Made by a program: the position numbers and the translations under genes. Shown here piece after piece: positions 1 to 20,831 of a stretch of DNA of 64,000 nucleotides (position 1 is the first letter of the stretch; the number at the start of each line of letters is the position of its first letter). Below the pieces are notes generated by a model. That model had not been told where the DNA came from. It was given only the letters and a program-made list of their open reading frames with translations, and did no database searches. The DNA is from the human T2T-CHM13v2.0 reference genome, Homo sapiens, in NCBI RefSeq assembly GCF_009914755.1, contig NC_060940.1; one strand, given 5' to 3'.

Positions 1-432
1 ACTATAAACATTTATAATAATCTTTTGCCAGTTCCTTTAATGACATATCAGGCTTAAATTTAAATGCATCAAATTTAAAATTGAATTTAGTTGGAATTCA
101 GTGTTAAACATGTTAAATTTTAATGCAAAATGTCCCAAAGAAATCTGAAATTGTAAATTTAAAACCATACTAAAAATATCAGGACTAACTGAAATAACCC
201 TTTCCTGAAAAATGCTGAAATTCTGGTTTCTAACAAGGATAATTTGGAATACATGAGTGAGAGAAAATTAATTTCATCGGAATGAATTATTATAATGAAT
301 CATATTATTAGTACTTTATATCTGACATGCATTAACCATAAATAGGAATTTTAAAAGAAGCAATCAATAAAATCAACTTAAAAGCCTCTTAAGTTGCATA
401 AACACCAAATGAGTGAACAAAGATCATGATCA

Positions 433-757
<325 letters not shown>

Positions 758-1286
758 CAATTATTTTTAAAAATCAATGTAAACCATTTTACAATGTAGA
801 TAATGAGTATGCAGACATTTGCTGTAAAATTTTTCAGTATGTCTAAAAATTGTAAATATGTTGGAGGAAAAAAGTTAACGTAAATCAAAAATTTTCTACA
901 AGAAAGGCTAAAAATATATTCTTACTACCAATAACCAAAACTCAAAATTTCCTGTAAAGTTGTTAAACTTTCTAGTGAAAGCTATTAAAACTTTTGGCTT
1001 TAGAGAATAGGCAAACTGGGTAATTTTGGCCAACGGTTCATTCTGGAAAACTAATTCGATAAATTGGCTTTCAACAAATTAATTTCTGTCAGATTAATCC
1101 AGAGCTCAAAGAAGAGAATGCTCTCCTGGCAGAAGGAACTATGAAAGTAGACGTGGGAAGGAGGAAGCAACAGAATCCCAGGAACAGTGCCCAGCAACCC
1201 AGAGAGGAAAGAGAATACAGAGGTTCGGCAGGACCCAGGTCCTGGTGGGAATTATAGCCATAGCAGGCTTTTATAATACTGATTAG

Positions 1287-1693
<407 letters not shown>

Positions 1694-2023
1694 TTAGTTG
1701 TATTGTGGATTTTTTTCCTGATTATAAACATAACATGAACTCATCAAATTTGGACTATGGAGAAGAACATAGAAAAGAAAATAAAAACCATAATCCCATC
1801 ACTCAGACTTTTTTCTGTACATATTAATATGCCAGAATCTTCAGACATTACTGATTCTCCAGAAAGGTTGCAACCAACAATATGACGACCAGTGGCATGC
1901 GACTATCCAATGTCCCTGACGCTAGCCATGGATATGACTCAGACACTACCTTTCTTGACCCAGGAATACCATTTACCAGTGCTGACCATTACCCTAAAAA
2001 AAAAAAAAATGAACTTCTGTTAA

Positions 2024-2461
<438 letters not shown>

Positions 2462-3086
2462 TAGATATTTTTCTGTCTTTACTTGCATGGATATCATATT
2501 TTATTTAAAATGGAATCTTCTCGTATATATGCCACATATGTTTTTTGCCTAACATTGTATACAATTTGTCAATGTCATAAATGTTCTGCATCATCATTTT
2601 TGAGTGGTACAGAGTATTTCGCTGTGTGAGTGACGTCTAAACTCTGCGTCAAATGTGCATCACAGCCACCAATCAGAATGGATGCTGGCCAGAGCTCCCA
2701 TACACTCATATCAGCTGTGGATTTTACGAAACCAGCACTATATTGTTGACCCTTATATTGTTTCTGATTGTTCCCCAATAGAAGCAATGATGAAATGGGC
2801 ATCTTTCACACTAAACCTCTGTGCACATCCATGATCATTTTCTCAGGATAAATTTTAACAAGTGGGAATTCCTAAAGAAAAGATGAGACCATGTTTTAAG
2901 TTTTTGGTATATACAGGTTTTATCAACCTGTATATTTGGAAAGGTTTTATCAACTTATGTTCACATTAGCAGGATATGAGACCCCACTTTTCTACACCTT
3001 CATTTGGAAAGTATCACTGTGCCTTTTATCATCAATATGCTAAATTCAAGTGCCATTTCACTATTTTGATTTGTCACTCTTTTTAA

Positions 3087-3839
<753 letters not shown>

Positions 3840-4259
3840 TGAGAACTATATCCACTGAGAGTAGTAAGTTGCAACATAAATGTTGCAAATCCTTTTCTAA
3901 ATGTCTTTTTTTCTATGCTTTTGCCTTTCAGATTTTAAAAAATGTATATGTTTTTAAATCTTTTGGTATTTAAAAAAATCATTTTGCATTTGAGAATATA
4001 TAAAATACACCCACATTTTCTTCTGGTATTCTTATTCTTGTTCTGTCTTTTTCATTTAAATCTCTATTCCACTGAAAACTTCTATCAGTATGTGATGTGT
4101 GGTATATATCTAACCTTTTTCAAACTGGTGAGCTAGTTATCCAACACCATTTGTTGAAAAGTATTTTATTTACCTTCTGATTTTAATTGGCAGCTTTGTC
4201 TTATACTGTATTTGTGTTTACACTTGGATATGTTTCTGTGCTTTTAGTTCTGTTCCTAT

Positions 4260-4530
4260 CTTTGTTTGTTTGCTTGTTTGTTTTTGAGGCAGAGTCTCAC
4301 TCTGTCTGGAGGCTAAAGTGCAATGCAGTGGCGCGATTTTCCTGTCTCAGCCTCCCGAGTAACTGGGATTACAGGCACCGGCCACCATGCCCAACTAATT
4401 TTTGTATTTTTAGTAGAGACAGGGTTTCACCATGTTGGCCAGACTGGTCTCGAACTCCTGACCTCAGGTGATCCACCCACCTTGGCCTCCCAATGTGCTC
4501 GGGTTACAGGCGTGAGCCACTGTGCCTGGC
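4260..4530 (-). mobile_element. Alu with internal deletion in right arm
   Basis: gtggcgcgat joined directly to tttcctgtctcagcc. Confidence 0.9.
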
Positions 4531-5114
4531 CCCTATCATGTCATAATAAATTTCAATAATTTGTTGTACAGATGCCTGTCTATTACTGTGTTCTCTGACA
4601 TTTTTACTGGCTAACTGGCCATCCTCAATTATTTATTCTTCCAGATGAACATATAAGATTCTTTTGGTCAAGTTTCCAAAGAAAATGATGTTTAGATTTT
4701 TATTGGAATTATATTACATTCATTTTACTTTGACAATAAGGGGAATCCTTACAATATTAAGCAAATGTGTATTACCATTTGTGGAAGTCTTCTTTCATTT
4801 CCTTCAGTAACACATTGTAGTTTGATTCATATAGGTCCTACACATTTCTTGCCAAGTTAATTCAAAGGTATTTGTTGTTGCTGCAAATTGTGACTGAACT
4901 TTCTTCCCTCCCCCAGCCCTGGCCATTCTAACTACATCAACTTTTATGGATTCTATAACTTCCCATCTTATAGAACTTTTATTCATGGTAATAGTTTTTC
5001 AGCTGATTCTTTTTGAATAGTGTAGGGAGACCATCTACTTCATGCAAAAATAATAATGATAATTTTTTCCTGTGGTCAATATTTACACCTCTTTTTCTAT
5101 TTCTTGTCTTATAG

Positions 5115-5465
5115 CATGGGTTCAAGAATTCAGATGCCCATGAGGCCCAGTCCAGCAACATAAATGAGTAACTCGAGCCAAAAGAGGCCTTTACAGAGAT
5201 CCCAGGCCTTGTCTAAGGGATCGGTGCTTCTGCTCATCCCAGCCAATTTCTGCCCTTTGGGAAACAGGCCTAGTGTTAACAGATGGTCAGATTTTTTTAA
5301 AAACGATATGCCAAAGATCAGGTATTTTAAAATGTTGAATATACAGGTATTTTAAATGTTGGAAATAAATTTGAATTTTTTAAACATCAGGCAAGTCAAA
5401 TACGGGATATCTGATGGTCATATTCAACCCAGGCTCACAGTATCCTCCACGTTGGCTAGAGGTTC
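5115..5465. mobile_element. hAT-Charlie MITE remnant (MER102-like); related copies at ~43830-44230 and ~62200-62380
   Basis: Motifs cagatct...tttttatgtgaaat...ggccaaa...ggccagatgtggcc resemble the recalled consensus. Confidence 0.5.
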
Positions 5466-6118
5466 CAGAATTTAAGTATGTATTGGGTTGCAATACTAGG
5501 CATTCTTGCCTTATCCTGGTTTAGTCAAAATGCCTCCATTCTTTGCCCAATTAGCTATTTTGTAGGCTCTTGATTTGAAATAAATATATTTTTCAATATT
5601 AAGCCTCTGTCTCCAATTTAACAGAAGCATTGTATGAAGAGAGAACTTTAAATTCTATTAGCTGATATGATTTTCTTCTTTGATTTCTGAATGTTATGAA
5701 TCCATAAATTTTTTAATATTGAACCATCCTTGCCTGTATGATTTGGGGAGTTAAGCTATACTTAATCAAATTATATTACTTTAAATGTAGAGTTGTATTC
5801 TCTTTTCTTATTTTTTTCTTTTATTTTTTTGCTTTTGAAGAGTTTGACAATATATCAATTTTCTTAATGTTTTAAGGGTTACAAAATAGGAGAAAATATT
5901 TTTTAAGTCAAAACTGATCTATTGCCTCTTTAACTCATGACCACCCTTGTCCTCTACTTTTCTTGGCAAAATATGTGACATGCTGCTTAGAGGGAAGGGA
6001 GAGGTCATAAGATTTCACCAGATTTACCCAGACGTACTTGTAGGTCAGTAGATGATTATTTGGTTTCTCTTTTGCTGGGGCAAAGGTTAAAACTGGATTG
6101 TTCTCAATAAATAAGTAA

Positions 6119-6601
<483 letters not shown>

Positions 6602-7082
6602 TAATGTGACAACCTGCTAAGCAGCAGCCCTTTAGACCAGGCCAGGGCAGCTTCTGCCTTTGCTTTAATGGTCTCTGTTCCTCCTTTGGCCATGATCCTC
6701 CCCAGCAGGTGAGGAATCTGCAGGGCCAAGGAGACAGACCCTGCAAGTAGGTTCAGGCCTGTTTATGTGGAAATTATGGGGTCTGGGTGCTGTGACCCTG
6801 TGCCTTTGCCTTCTAGACCATATTCTAGATACCCAAGTCCCCAGAATTCTCTACCTAAATGGTCTTAGTCCGCTTTCAGGGCCTCTTTCCTGGGTCCATC
6901 CTCCCAAGAGTAGACCACACTGCCGGTCAGTGTACTCCTAAGCCTGAGGAGTGACAAAAGATGACTGATTGCATGGGGTGTGGACAAAGCATGGACATTG
7001 GGCTGGAGTGAGAATTCTAAATTCAAATGTGGCTTGCCACATGGTTATGAAGGCATGTTTGCCAGGTAGAGATAAGAACGGT

Positions 7083-7401
<319 letters not shown>

Positions 7402-7664
7402 TTACAGTTTTGAAAGACTTTGGCCATATTGTATATGGGCCCCCCTTTATATTCTTGCCCAAAGCCCACCAAAGGCTTGGGGAAAACCTATTACAGAGTA
7501 AATCCTCTAGGTGGGCATGAGACCATCTGTGGGAGACCCACAATAGGAAGCAATATTGAGACTTTTGTATCCATTTCCCAGCTGGTAGATACAGCCCATA
7601 TATTCTCTTCCTTTACAAAGTGATTGAAATCACCAAAGCAATAGAAAAATACTTGCATCTCTAT

Positions 7665-9065
<1,401 letters not shown>

Positions 9066-9139
9066 TCTCCCTAAATAATGTGACTATTGCTCATGTTCTT
9101 CTCTTTCTCTCTCTCTCCCCAACCCCAACCCTCAGTAGT

Positions 9140-9775
9140 TGGTTATTGGAGTTGGCTTCATTTTGTAAAATTAATTGAGACACTTTAAAATTTTTTGAAA
9201 CTCTGGAACCAATTAAATCCTATAGAAATCACCTCTTAATGTTTGGCAGAATTTACCGACCCATCCCTCACCCCCCAAATCATCTGAGCCAGTATGTCTC
9301 ATCAAAGTAGCAAGGGGTTCTTTTATCAGTTTTTTCCATGACTCGTTGTCTAGTCGGATTTTTCTACGTCCTGTTGAGCAGATTTTATTGTCTTATTTTG
9401 GTCCATATTTTATTAGCAGGAATTTAAACACAGTATGCTTTTAACTTTCATCTTCTTCCAAATCTATGTTTCTAGTCTTGCTTTAATTCTAGTATTATTT
9501 ATTTGTATTTTCTTTCTTTCTCATGTAACCTTGCCAGAGGTTTGTCTGTTTTATTGGTCTTTTAAAAGAGCTAGCTTTTTTATTTATTTTGATCAATCCT
9601 ATTGTTTTCTGTTTTCTAATTTGCTTATGTCTGCTTTTATCTTTTACCTTTTCCTTCTGCTGTCCTTTGATTTATTTTATTAGTTTTGGTCTCTGTGTTA
9701 TAGTTAATTGCTCAGGGTTTTTTTTTTTTTTTTCATTTTATTTAATAACAGAACCATTTAAGCTTTGTCTTTTCT
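9140..9775 (-). mobile_element. Old L1M fragment
   Basis: gtttggcagaatttacc, cttgccagaggtttgtctgttttattggtcttttaaaagagctagc resemble antisense ORF2. Confidence 0.65.
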
Positions 9776-10296
9776 CCAGTGAGTGGCCAGAGAGACGGAA
9801 ATACAGAAATAACATTGTAGTTAGGAGAGAGGACCTAGAAATAGAAAAGATCAAAAACACATTTCTCTACTGGGGACCTGGCTATGTATCTTAAATGCCA
9901 GTTCTTCAGATAATGCTACCACAAGCATCATCTCTTTTGTACGGTTGCTTCCTGCTGATTTTTTAACTAGAGAGCCAAGGCAGTTTCTAGCGAAGGACTG
10001 AACTTCATCTTTCTAGCAACGATGGAAAGTGAGACCCTTCCCCACTCATCCCACTTCCAGAATCAATTTAGTCTTATCTGGGGGACCCTGGGGCCTAAGT
10101 GGCTCTTGTTTGGAATTGCATCAGCCAGCCTGGGAATGCTATGGCTGTAAATGAAGGACAATCTTATGCACTGAGTGCGTTTCTAACACCCTGTCACGAG
10201 AAACAACCCCTACCTGCAACCATAACCTCCTCAGCCATCTCTTCTCTCCTCTTGGCTGTGGTGAGATTGATATAAGGACTTACTAAAGAGCATTAA

Positions 10297-10600
10297 GGGC
10301 TGGACGCGAGGGCTCACGCCTGTAATCCCAGCACTTTAGGAGGCCAAGGCAGGTGGATCACTTGAGGTCAGGAGTTCGAGACCAGCCTGGCCAATGTGGC
10401 GAAACCCCCTCTATACCAAAAATATTAAAAATTAGCTGGGTAGGGTGGTGCGCGCCTGTAGTCCCAGCTACTCGGAGGCTGAGACAGGAGAATTGCTTGA
10501 ACCTGGGAGGTGGAGGTTGCCATGAGCTGAGGTCGTGCCACAGCACTCCACCTGGGCAACAGGGCGAGACTGTGTCTCAAAAATAAAATCAAATCAAATA
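10297..10600 (+). mobile_element. Alu
   Basis: TSD taaagagcattaag on both sides. Confidence 0.95.
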
Positions 10601-10721
10601 AAGAGCATTAAGAAGTCAAAAGGGAACGTATGATGAGAGTTGGTTGAAAATATTAATCGCCCTTGTCAGTATTGAGGATAAACCATTATCCTCAAATGGT
10701 TTTTCATCCTCAAATGGTTTT

Positions 10722-10922
10722 GAGTGATCACAGCTCACTGCAGCCTCAATCTCCCAGGCTCAAGCAATCCTCCCACTTCAGCCTCCCAAGTGGCTGGGAC
10801 CATAGGTGAATGCCACCATGCCTGGCTAATTTTTGTATTTTTTTATAGAGACAGGGTTTCACCATGTTGCCAGGCTGGTCTTGAACTCCTGGGTTCAAGC
10901 AATCCTCCCACCTTGGCCTCCC
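10722..10922 (-). mobile_element. Alu fragment truncated at both ends
   Basis: Internal AluJ sequence only, no poly-A. Confidence 0.9.
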
Positions 10923-11304
10923 ACACATTTCAGCCAAACCAGATTGAGTCTGCTTGTAATATCTCAAAAAGGCTCAATCTCAAGGCATCATGAGAGCTCA
11001 AAAAAAATTGCAAGGGACTGGGGCATCCTGATCTGGCTGGTCTCTAACTGGAGCTTGATGCAGGACAATGTACATCTCCACTGGTCTTTTGCATGTGGTG
11101 GTCAGCAAAGAAGAAATACAAAATTTGGGGATGGAAGAAGAGTGGTCTCTGCCCATCCCCAACTGCCAGGCCTCCCTTCATTGAATGCAGATCACGCCTA
11201 ATCAATTCATTACAAGATCTCAACCATAGCATTTCATTCCCAAAATGATTGATAATAACAAACAGTTACTGAGATTTTGCTATGTGCCAAATATTGTACT
11301 TAAG

Positions 11305-13330
<2,026 letters not shown>

Positions 13331-13364
13331 GTACATCATTTTCTATATCTAATCCTCCACACTG

Positions 13365-13745
13365 TGTTAGTCAGTGTAGACTAGGTTATGCTGTGATAAC
13401 AAACAATCCCCAAGCATCAGAGGCTTGAAACAACAAAGGTTTACTTCTTACTTCTGCTACATGTCTAGTGATTATTAGAACTGGGAAGGAGGAACAGCGC
13501 TCATCAGAGACACTCAGAAACCCAGCCTAATGGAAACTGCTGAAGTAGGAAAAGGCACACCTCACACCAGCTCTTAAAGCTTCTACCCAGTAGCAAGAAG
13601 TTACTTTCATCTTCACTTCACTGGCCAGTGAGTCACATAGTAATACTTAACTTCAGAGTAGGCAAAAACTATAATAATAACTTTATCATGTACCTAAACG
13701 GGAAGGGGAATTGGAATATTTGTAAATAATCTATTGACTTTCACA
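13365..13745 (-). mobile_element. MaLR LTR (MLT1H/I/J-like)
   Basis: tgtgttagtcag...ctaggttatgctgtgataacaaacaatcccc. Confidence 0.75.
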
Positions 13746-13769
13746 AATACTAAGAGGAAGGTACTATCA

Positions 13770-14070
13770 CCTTTTTGTTTTGCTTTGTTTTGAGACAGGG
13801 TCTCGCTCTATCACCCAGGCTGGAGTGTAGTGGCGTGATCTCAGCTCACTGCAACAGTTCAAGACCTGTATTCAAGCGATTCCCCTGCCTCAGCCTCCTG
13901 AGCAGCTGGGACTACAGGTGCACGCCACTGCACCCAGCTAATTTTTGTATTTTTAGTAGAGACAGGGTTTCGCCATGTTGGCCAGGATGGTCTCGAACTC
14001 CTGACTTCAAGTGATCCGCCTGCCCTGGCCTCCCAAAGTGCTAGGATTACAGGCAGGAGCCACTGCACCC
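13770..14070 (-). mobile_element. Alu
   Basis: Antisense Alu consensus. Confidence 0.95.
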
Positions 14071-14464
14071 TCTAAATGAAAATGGACCCTCTCCCAGTGT
14101 TTTTGCCAATTTCCAGTTAAGAAGCTGACTTGATCAAATCCAATCACATAGGACTCTCAGTGTTTGGAAGATGGTCTTGACTTTTTGAGAGGAAAACCAC
14201 GGTGCATGAGATGGGGGTGGGCAGAGAAATATGATTTGTAGCTATAAAGGCGATGACAGGAAGAGGGGTCTTCTTACCTTTCAGGAGATCATCAATGGAC
14301 CCCAGTCTCAGGAAGGCACTAATATTCCATAGAACTTACTAACCATGACATGAGTCTCTCTAGCATGAGCTCTATCCCATTACAGGATCAAGCAAAGCCA
14401 CCTGCCAAAGTTGTTCTTCTACTCCCCCAGTGGGGATGTCTAAAAAATCCATTAATAATAAACA

Positions 14465-15405
<941 letters not shown>

Positions 15406-15540
15406 AAGGGTCCATTTTCATGAATACAGCATGGCAGCAGCTAACTCCATGCTGGCTTGGTACCCCAAGAGGAAGGTGGCCATGGGTTTCCAGGTACCAT
15501 GTTCTGAGTACAGTGTAATGGTGAGGAACGCAGGCTCCAG

Positions 15541-16412
15541 AATATATATATATACACACACAATATATATATGTGCTATATATATACACACAAATATATG
15601 TACTATATACATATATACGTATACATACACATATATACGTGTATGTATATATACACATATACATGTATATATACATATATGCACGTATATACATATACAT
15701 ATGCATATATATACATATGTACACACATACATATATGTATATATTTAATATATTTTATATTAATAATTATTTAATATATTTAATATATACATATATATTT
15801 AATGTATACATATATGTATATATTTAATATATACATATATATTTAATGTATACATATATGTATATATTTAATATATACATATATAAATATGTATATATGT
15901 ATATATTTAATATATACATATATGTATATATTATATATTATATATATTTTATATATAATAATTATATATAATATGTAGTATATATTATATATAATAATAT
16001 ATAAAATAATATATAATAATATATATAATAATATATAAAATAATATATATAATAATATATATAATAATATATAAAATATATAATATATATTTTATATATA
16101 GATATATCTATATTCATTTTATAGATATAAAATGTATATACATTTTATAAAATGTAGATAATAAAATGTATATCTATAAAATGTATATCTATAAAATATA
16201 CATATATAGATATGTATATTATATATTATATATTATTTATTATATATTATATAATATATATAAAATTCAGATTACAGGCATGAATATATAATATATATAA
16301 TATATAATATATAATATATACATATATAGATATATAGATATATAAAATGTATATCTATAAAATATATATACATTTTATATATAGTGTGTGTGTATATATA
16401 CACACACGCACA
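15541..16412. repeat. ~870 bp degenerate TA-rich tract with internal sub-repeats
   Basis: Directly visible. Confidence 0.95.
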
Positions 16413-16427
16413 CAGTATTCCAGTGTT

Positions 16428-16786
16428 AATGCAATACCACTCAGCCAGAAAAAGGAACATAATAATGGCCTTTGCAGCAACTTTGATGGATTTGGAGGCC
16501 ATTATTCTAAGTGAAGTAACTCAGGAATGGAAACCCAAACATCATATGTTCTCACCCCTAAGTGGGAGCTAAGCTATGAGGATGCAAAGACATAAGAATG
16601 ACATAATGGACTTTGGGAACTCGAGGGGAAGGGTGGGAGGTGGGTGAGGGATAAAAGACTACACATTGGGTACAGTGTGTACACTGCTCAGGTGACGGGT
16701 GCACGAAAATCTCAGAAATCACCACTAAAGAACTTATCCATGTAATGAAAACACACCTGTTCCCCAAAAACTATTGAAATAAAAAT
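16428..16786 (+). mobile_element. L1PB-type 3' end (copy A)
   Basis: gtgggagctaagctatgaggatgcaaag...caccactaaagaacttatccatg...cctgttccccaaaaactattgaaataaaa. Confidence 0.85.
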
Positions 16787-17444
16787 CTAGATAATCATTG
16801 AATCTGGCAAGAAAAAAATATGGTGTTGCACCTTGTGGGTATGATCAGGTACCCTGTCGGGGTAATGTTTGGATACCTAGAGAGGCCCCAGTTCTGGGAC
16901 AGTGTACCTCAGGCCACCCCAGGAATCCCTCCACACCCCCAGGACTCTGGTGGTCCCCTCCAGCCTTTGATGAGGGCTTATTACCCTTCTAAGCCACCCC
17001 ATAGGACAATATCTAAGATGATCCATCTGCCAAGATGGTCCCTACAAAACATACTCTGCCACAACAAATTTTGGGGGTGCAAGCCAATGTCAGCTTCCTA
17101 GCCACAGTCTCTCCCACTCCAGGTGCTCAGGATTGAGTCACACGCAGCCCCCATAGTCACTTCCCTTTCTCTAATCTTAGCTTTAGCTTACGAATGAACC
17201 CAAAAAGTATTAGAATCGATTGAATTGGTAATTAGTTTTAATCAAAATAAATGATTTCGACTCATTAGATTATGGCAAACTGATCAAACTCTCCACAGCC
17301 TCTCAGAGAAGCTGCTCTCACCAGACTTAAGGTGCAGGAATAGGGGCTAAACACCCCCACCTTTGTGTATGTTTGTTAGTAGGTGAAGGACAGCAAAGTA
17401 TTTGCAAAAAAAAAGAGAAAACTCCTTATAAATTCTCTCTCTCT

Positions 17445-17880
17445 TTTTATTTTATTTATTTATTTTTTTGAGATGGAGTCATGCTCTGTCGCCCAGGCTA
17501 TAGTGCAGCGGCACAGTCTTGGCTCACTGCAACCTCCGCCTCCCTGGTTCAAGCGATTCTGCTGCCTCAGCCTCCCAGGCTAGCTGGGATTACAGGCAAC
17601 CACCAACATGCCTGGCTATTTTTTTTTTTTTTTTTTTTTCTGGAGTCGGAGTCTCACTTTGTCACCCAGGCTGAAGTGCAGTGGCACAATGTCTGCTCAC
17701 TGCAAAGTGCTGGGATTATAGGCGTTAGCCACCGTGCCTGGCCTAAAATTTTTAAAACATTTTTTGAGATGGGGTCTTGCTATGTTGACCAGGCTAGTCT
17801 CGAACTCCTGGCCTCAAGCAATCCTCCCATCTCTCCCTCCCAGAAGTGCTAGGATTACAGGTGAGCCACTGCATTGGCCA
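17445..17880 (-). mobile_element. Alu host with an internally deleted Alu in its linker
   Basis: gctcactgc|aaagtgctggg deletion junction at ~17703. Confidence 0.85.
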
Positions 17881-17959
17881 GTGCATGCATTTCTGAACAG
17901 CCCAACAGGGCTAGAGAAGCGGGTGAGAATGGACTGTCGTTTATGGATGGAGCCAGGAT

Positions 17960-18480
17960 GTTAGTTGAGCCAATCAACTTTAACCAGCCTGAAAAGCAGA
18001 GGGAAAATATTGGCTCATGAAAGTGCAAAGTTGAAGCCTGGGTTCCAGCACCAGGTCTAGCTGGATTCAGGCTTCAAAGGATGCCACCAAGATCTGTTTT
18101 TCAATGCTGCTTCCTCTCAGTACTGATTTCATTCTCAGCCAGGTTCCTGCTGGGGTAGCAAGGTAGCCACGGCACTTCTCAGAGCTGCCTGCTCTCAGTT
18201 CAAATCCAGAGGGAAATCCAGTGCGTCTTCATCCTAGCATTCCCAGTTAAAGTCCTGAGACTTCACTGCAATTGCCATATGTATGTCCCATGGCCATGCC
18301 TGTAAGACCTGTTGATGGGCAGGTGCAGGCTTGGGTCAAGACTAGTTAGGGCTCCCCTCTAAGACGAGGCACCAGAACCACCCGGCTGAGAGTAGTAAGA
18401 GGTGGTCCAGAGACCTGTGATCATCCAGGGAGGGAGGAAGGCTGCCGGACAGGAAAACCAACAGATAGCTACTCTACATG
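17960..18480 (-). mobile_element. Old MaLR LTR (MLT1K/L-like)
   Basis: gggaaaatattggctcatg...ctggattcagg...tgctgcttcctctc...ttcattctcag. Confidence 0.65.
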
Positions 18481-18679
18481 TTTAATTTTTACTATCAGAG
18501 ACCGGACTCTGGAGCTAAACTGCCTGGCTTCCAAACCTGGCTTCCCAGCTGTGTGGGCTGGCACAAGGCACATCATCTCTTGGTGTCTTGGTTTCTGCAT
18601 CTGTAGAATAGAAATAATAATAGAGTCCCTACCTCATAGGGGTTTGGAAAGAGTAAATGAGTTTTTATTTTCTTTTATT

Positions 18680-19272
<593 letters not shown>

Positions 19273-20831
19273 ATAAGTGAGTTTTTACAAAGCACTTAGA
19301 ATAGTGCCTAGAATTCCCCGTCAAGGGCTGAATCAGTGTTATGGACTCTGGTTATTATGATAGTGAGTTGACCTTGTTGCCCCATGGCTTTGTATTTATT
19401 CACAGTTATTCCAGGGGTTTCTGCCCCCGCTCGTCTATCACGGTGATGTGATGACTCCGCCTCCCAATCATGCTCTTCAGCATGATTAAAACCAAAGCCA
19501 CACCAGGTCTGGAACATGGGCCCATATTGTTTCCCACTGTAAAGATCAGCGTGCATAGCGAGGTCCTTTTAATTCACAGTTCAGGACCCGCCATGGAAAC
19601 CCTATCCATTCCTGCATTTGGCAGGAACAGGGAAGCCAAGAGGAAATCCTAGTACTTGGTGCCTTCCCATAGGGAGTTTGCAATCTAATCTAAAAGACCA
19701 GAACACTCTGTCAATGCAGTCTGAACCAGGATCCATTCCCAGGGGGAGCAGCCAAATTGCTCAGCCAGGTCGTCTTGCAGAGTGGCATCCTTCCTCTGCA
19801 GCTCATTCTAACTTAGCATGTGAATGAGCATTTAGAGATGAAGACAGAATCGAACTGAATCCCAAAGTCTGACTCACCTGCTTCTTTCCCCTCTCCTGGA
19901 CAACACAGGGGAAAAAAAAGTACAACTCTTCCCCCACGTAGTACCAGCAGGGTAACCCGAGAACATCCATTTAGCACGTCTGTCCCTGCAAAAAGGACCT
20001 TCCAGTGACACCAAGCTGAGCGTATCCTCACTCTATTTATAGGTGCTGTTTGTTTAATTTGAGTCCAGTCTCTAAGAATAAGTAATGAACTCATCTTGGG
20101 CACCAGCCAGAGCCTACAACTCTGAGACGACCCGTAAACCCCTTTCCCTTTCCTTCTGGTTCTGGAAGGGATTCTGTAGTTCAAAGGTGAGCCACTTTTG
20201 TCTGCTGGGCTAGGGTGGGCTTGAAACCCAGACGTGTTTGGAGATTTGGTTTTATGATGGTTTCTCAGTACGGTTTGGGGATTGTTTATTTATTTACTTT
20301 TTTTTTTGGTGTTTGGTTTTGGATTGGTGATTGCAGAACAGATCTGTAAACTCTTTGTCATCCACAAATGATTGACAAAGACTGAATATCTCCAGCCCTT
20401 CGTTGGTTGATCTTCGGATAAAAAGAGACCTCGTTGGGACTCAGATGTCCCCCAGTAAGGAGGCCATGGCCTTGGAGAAGCAAAATCCATTCCTTTTCAG
20501 TATCCTTCTGACTTGGTAGCAGAAACTGGGGTCAGGTTATCTTCTAAGGTCTGATACCATTCCTGAGATGCTGTTTTGTTTTGTTTTTTTCAGGCTATGT
20601 GATAAGGACCAGGAGCCATGACCCACTTAAACTTTAAACATCTAACCCCAGAACTGGTTGCACTTGAGTCCAAAGGAGCATTGTCTCTTGCAAACAAGTT
20701 CAGTTTGCACTTTAAGCTCCTCCCTTGCTGGTCTGATGGTTTAGTGACCTCAAGAACTGGCCCCATTGATTCTGAAGGGAGTGACCTAAATGCAGCCTTT
20801 GGGCTTGGTTCAGTATATTCGTATATTGAAG

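Noticed and set aside
5319-5365. ~25-bp tandem duplication caggtattttaaaatgttg
   Set aside because: Real but ordinary slippage inside a MITE remnant; no functional hint.
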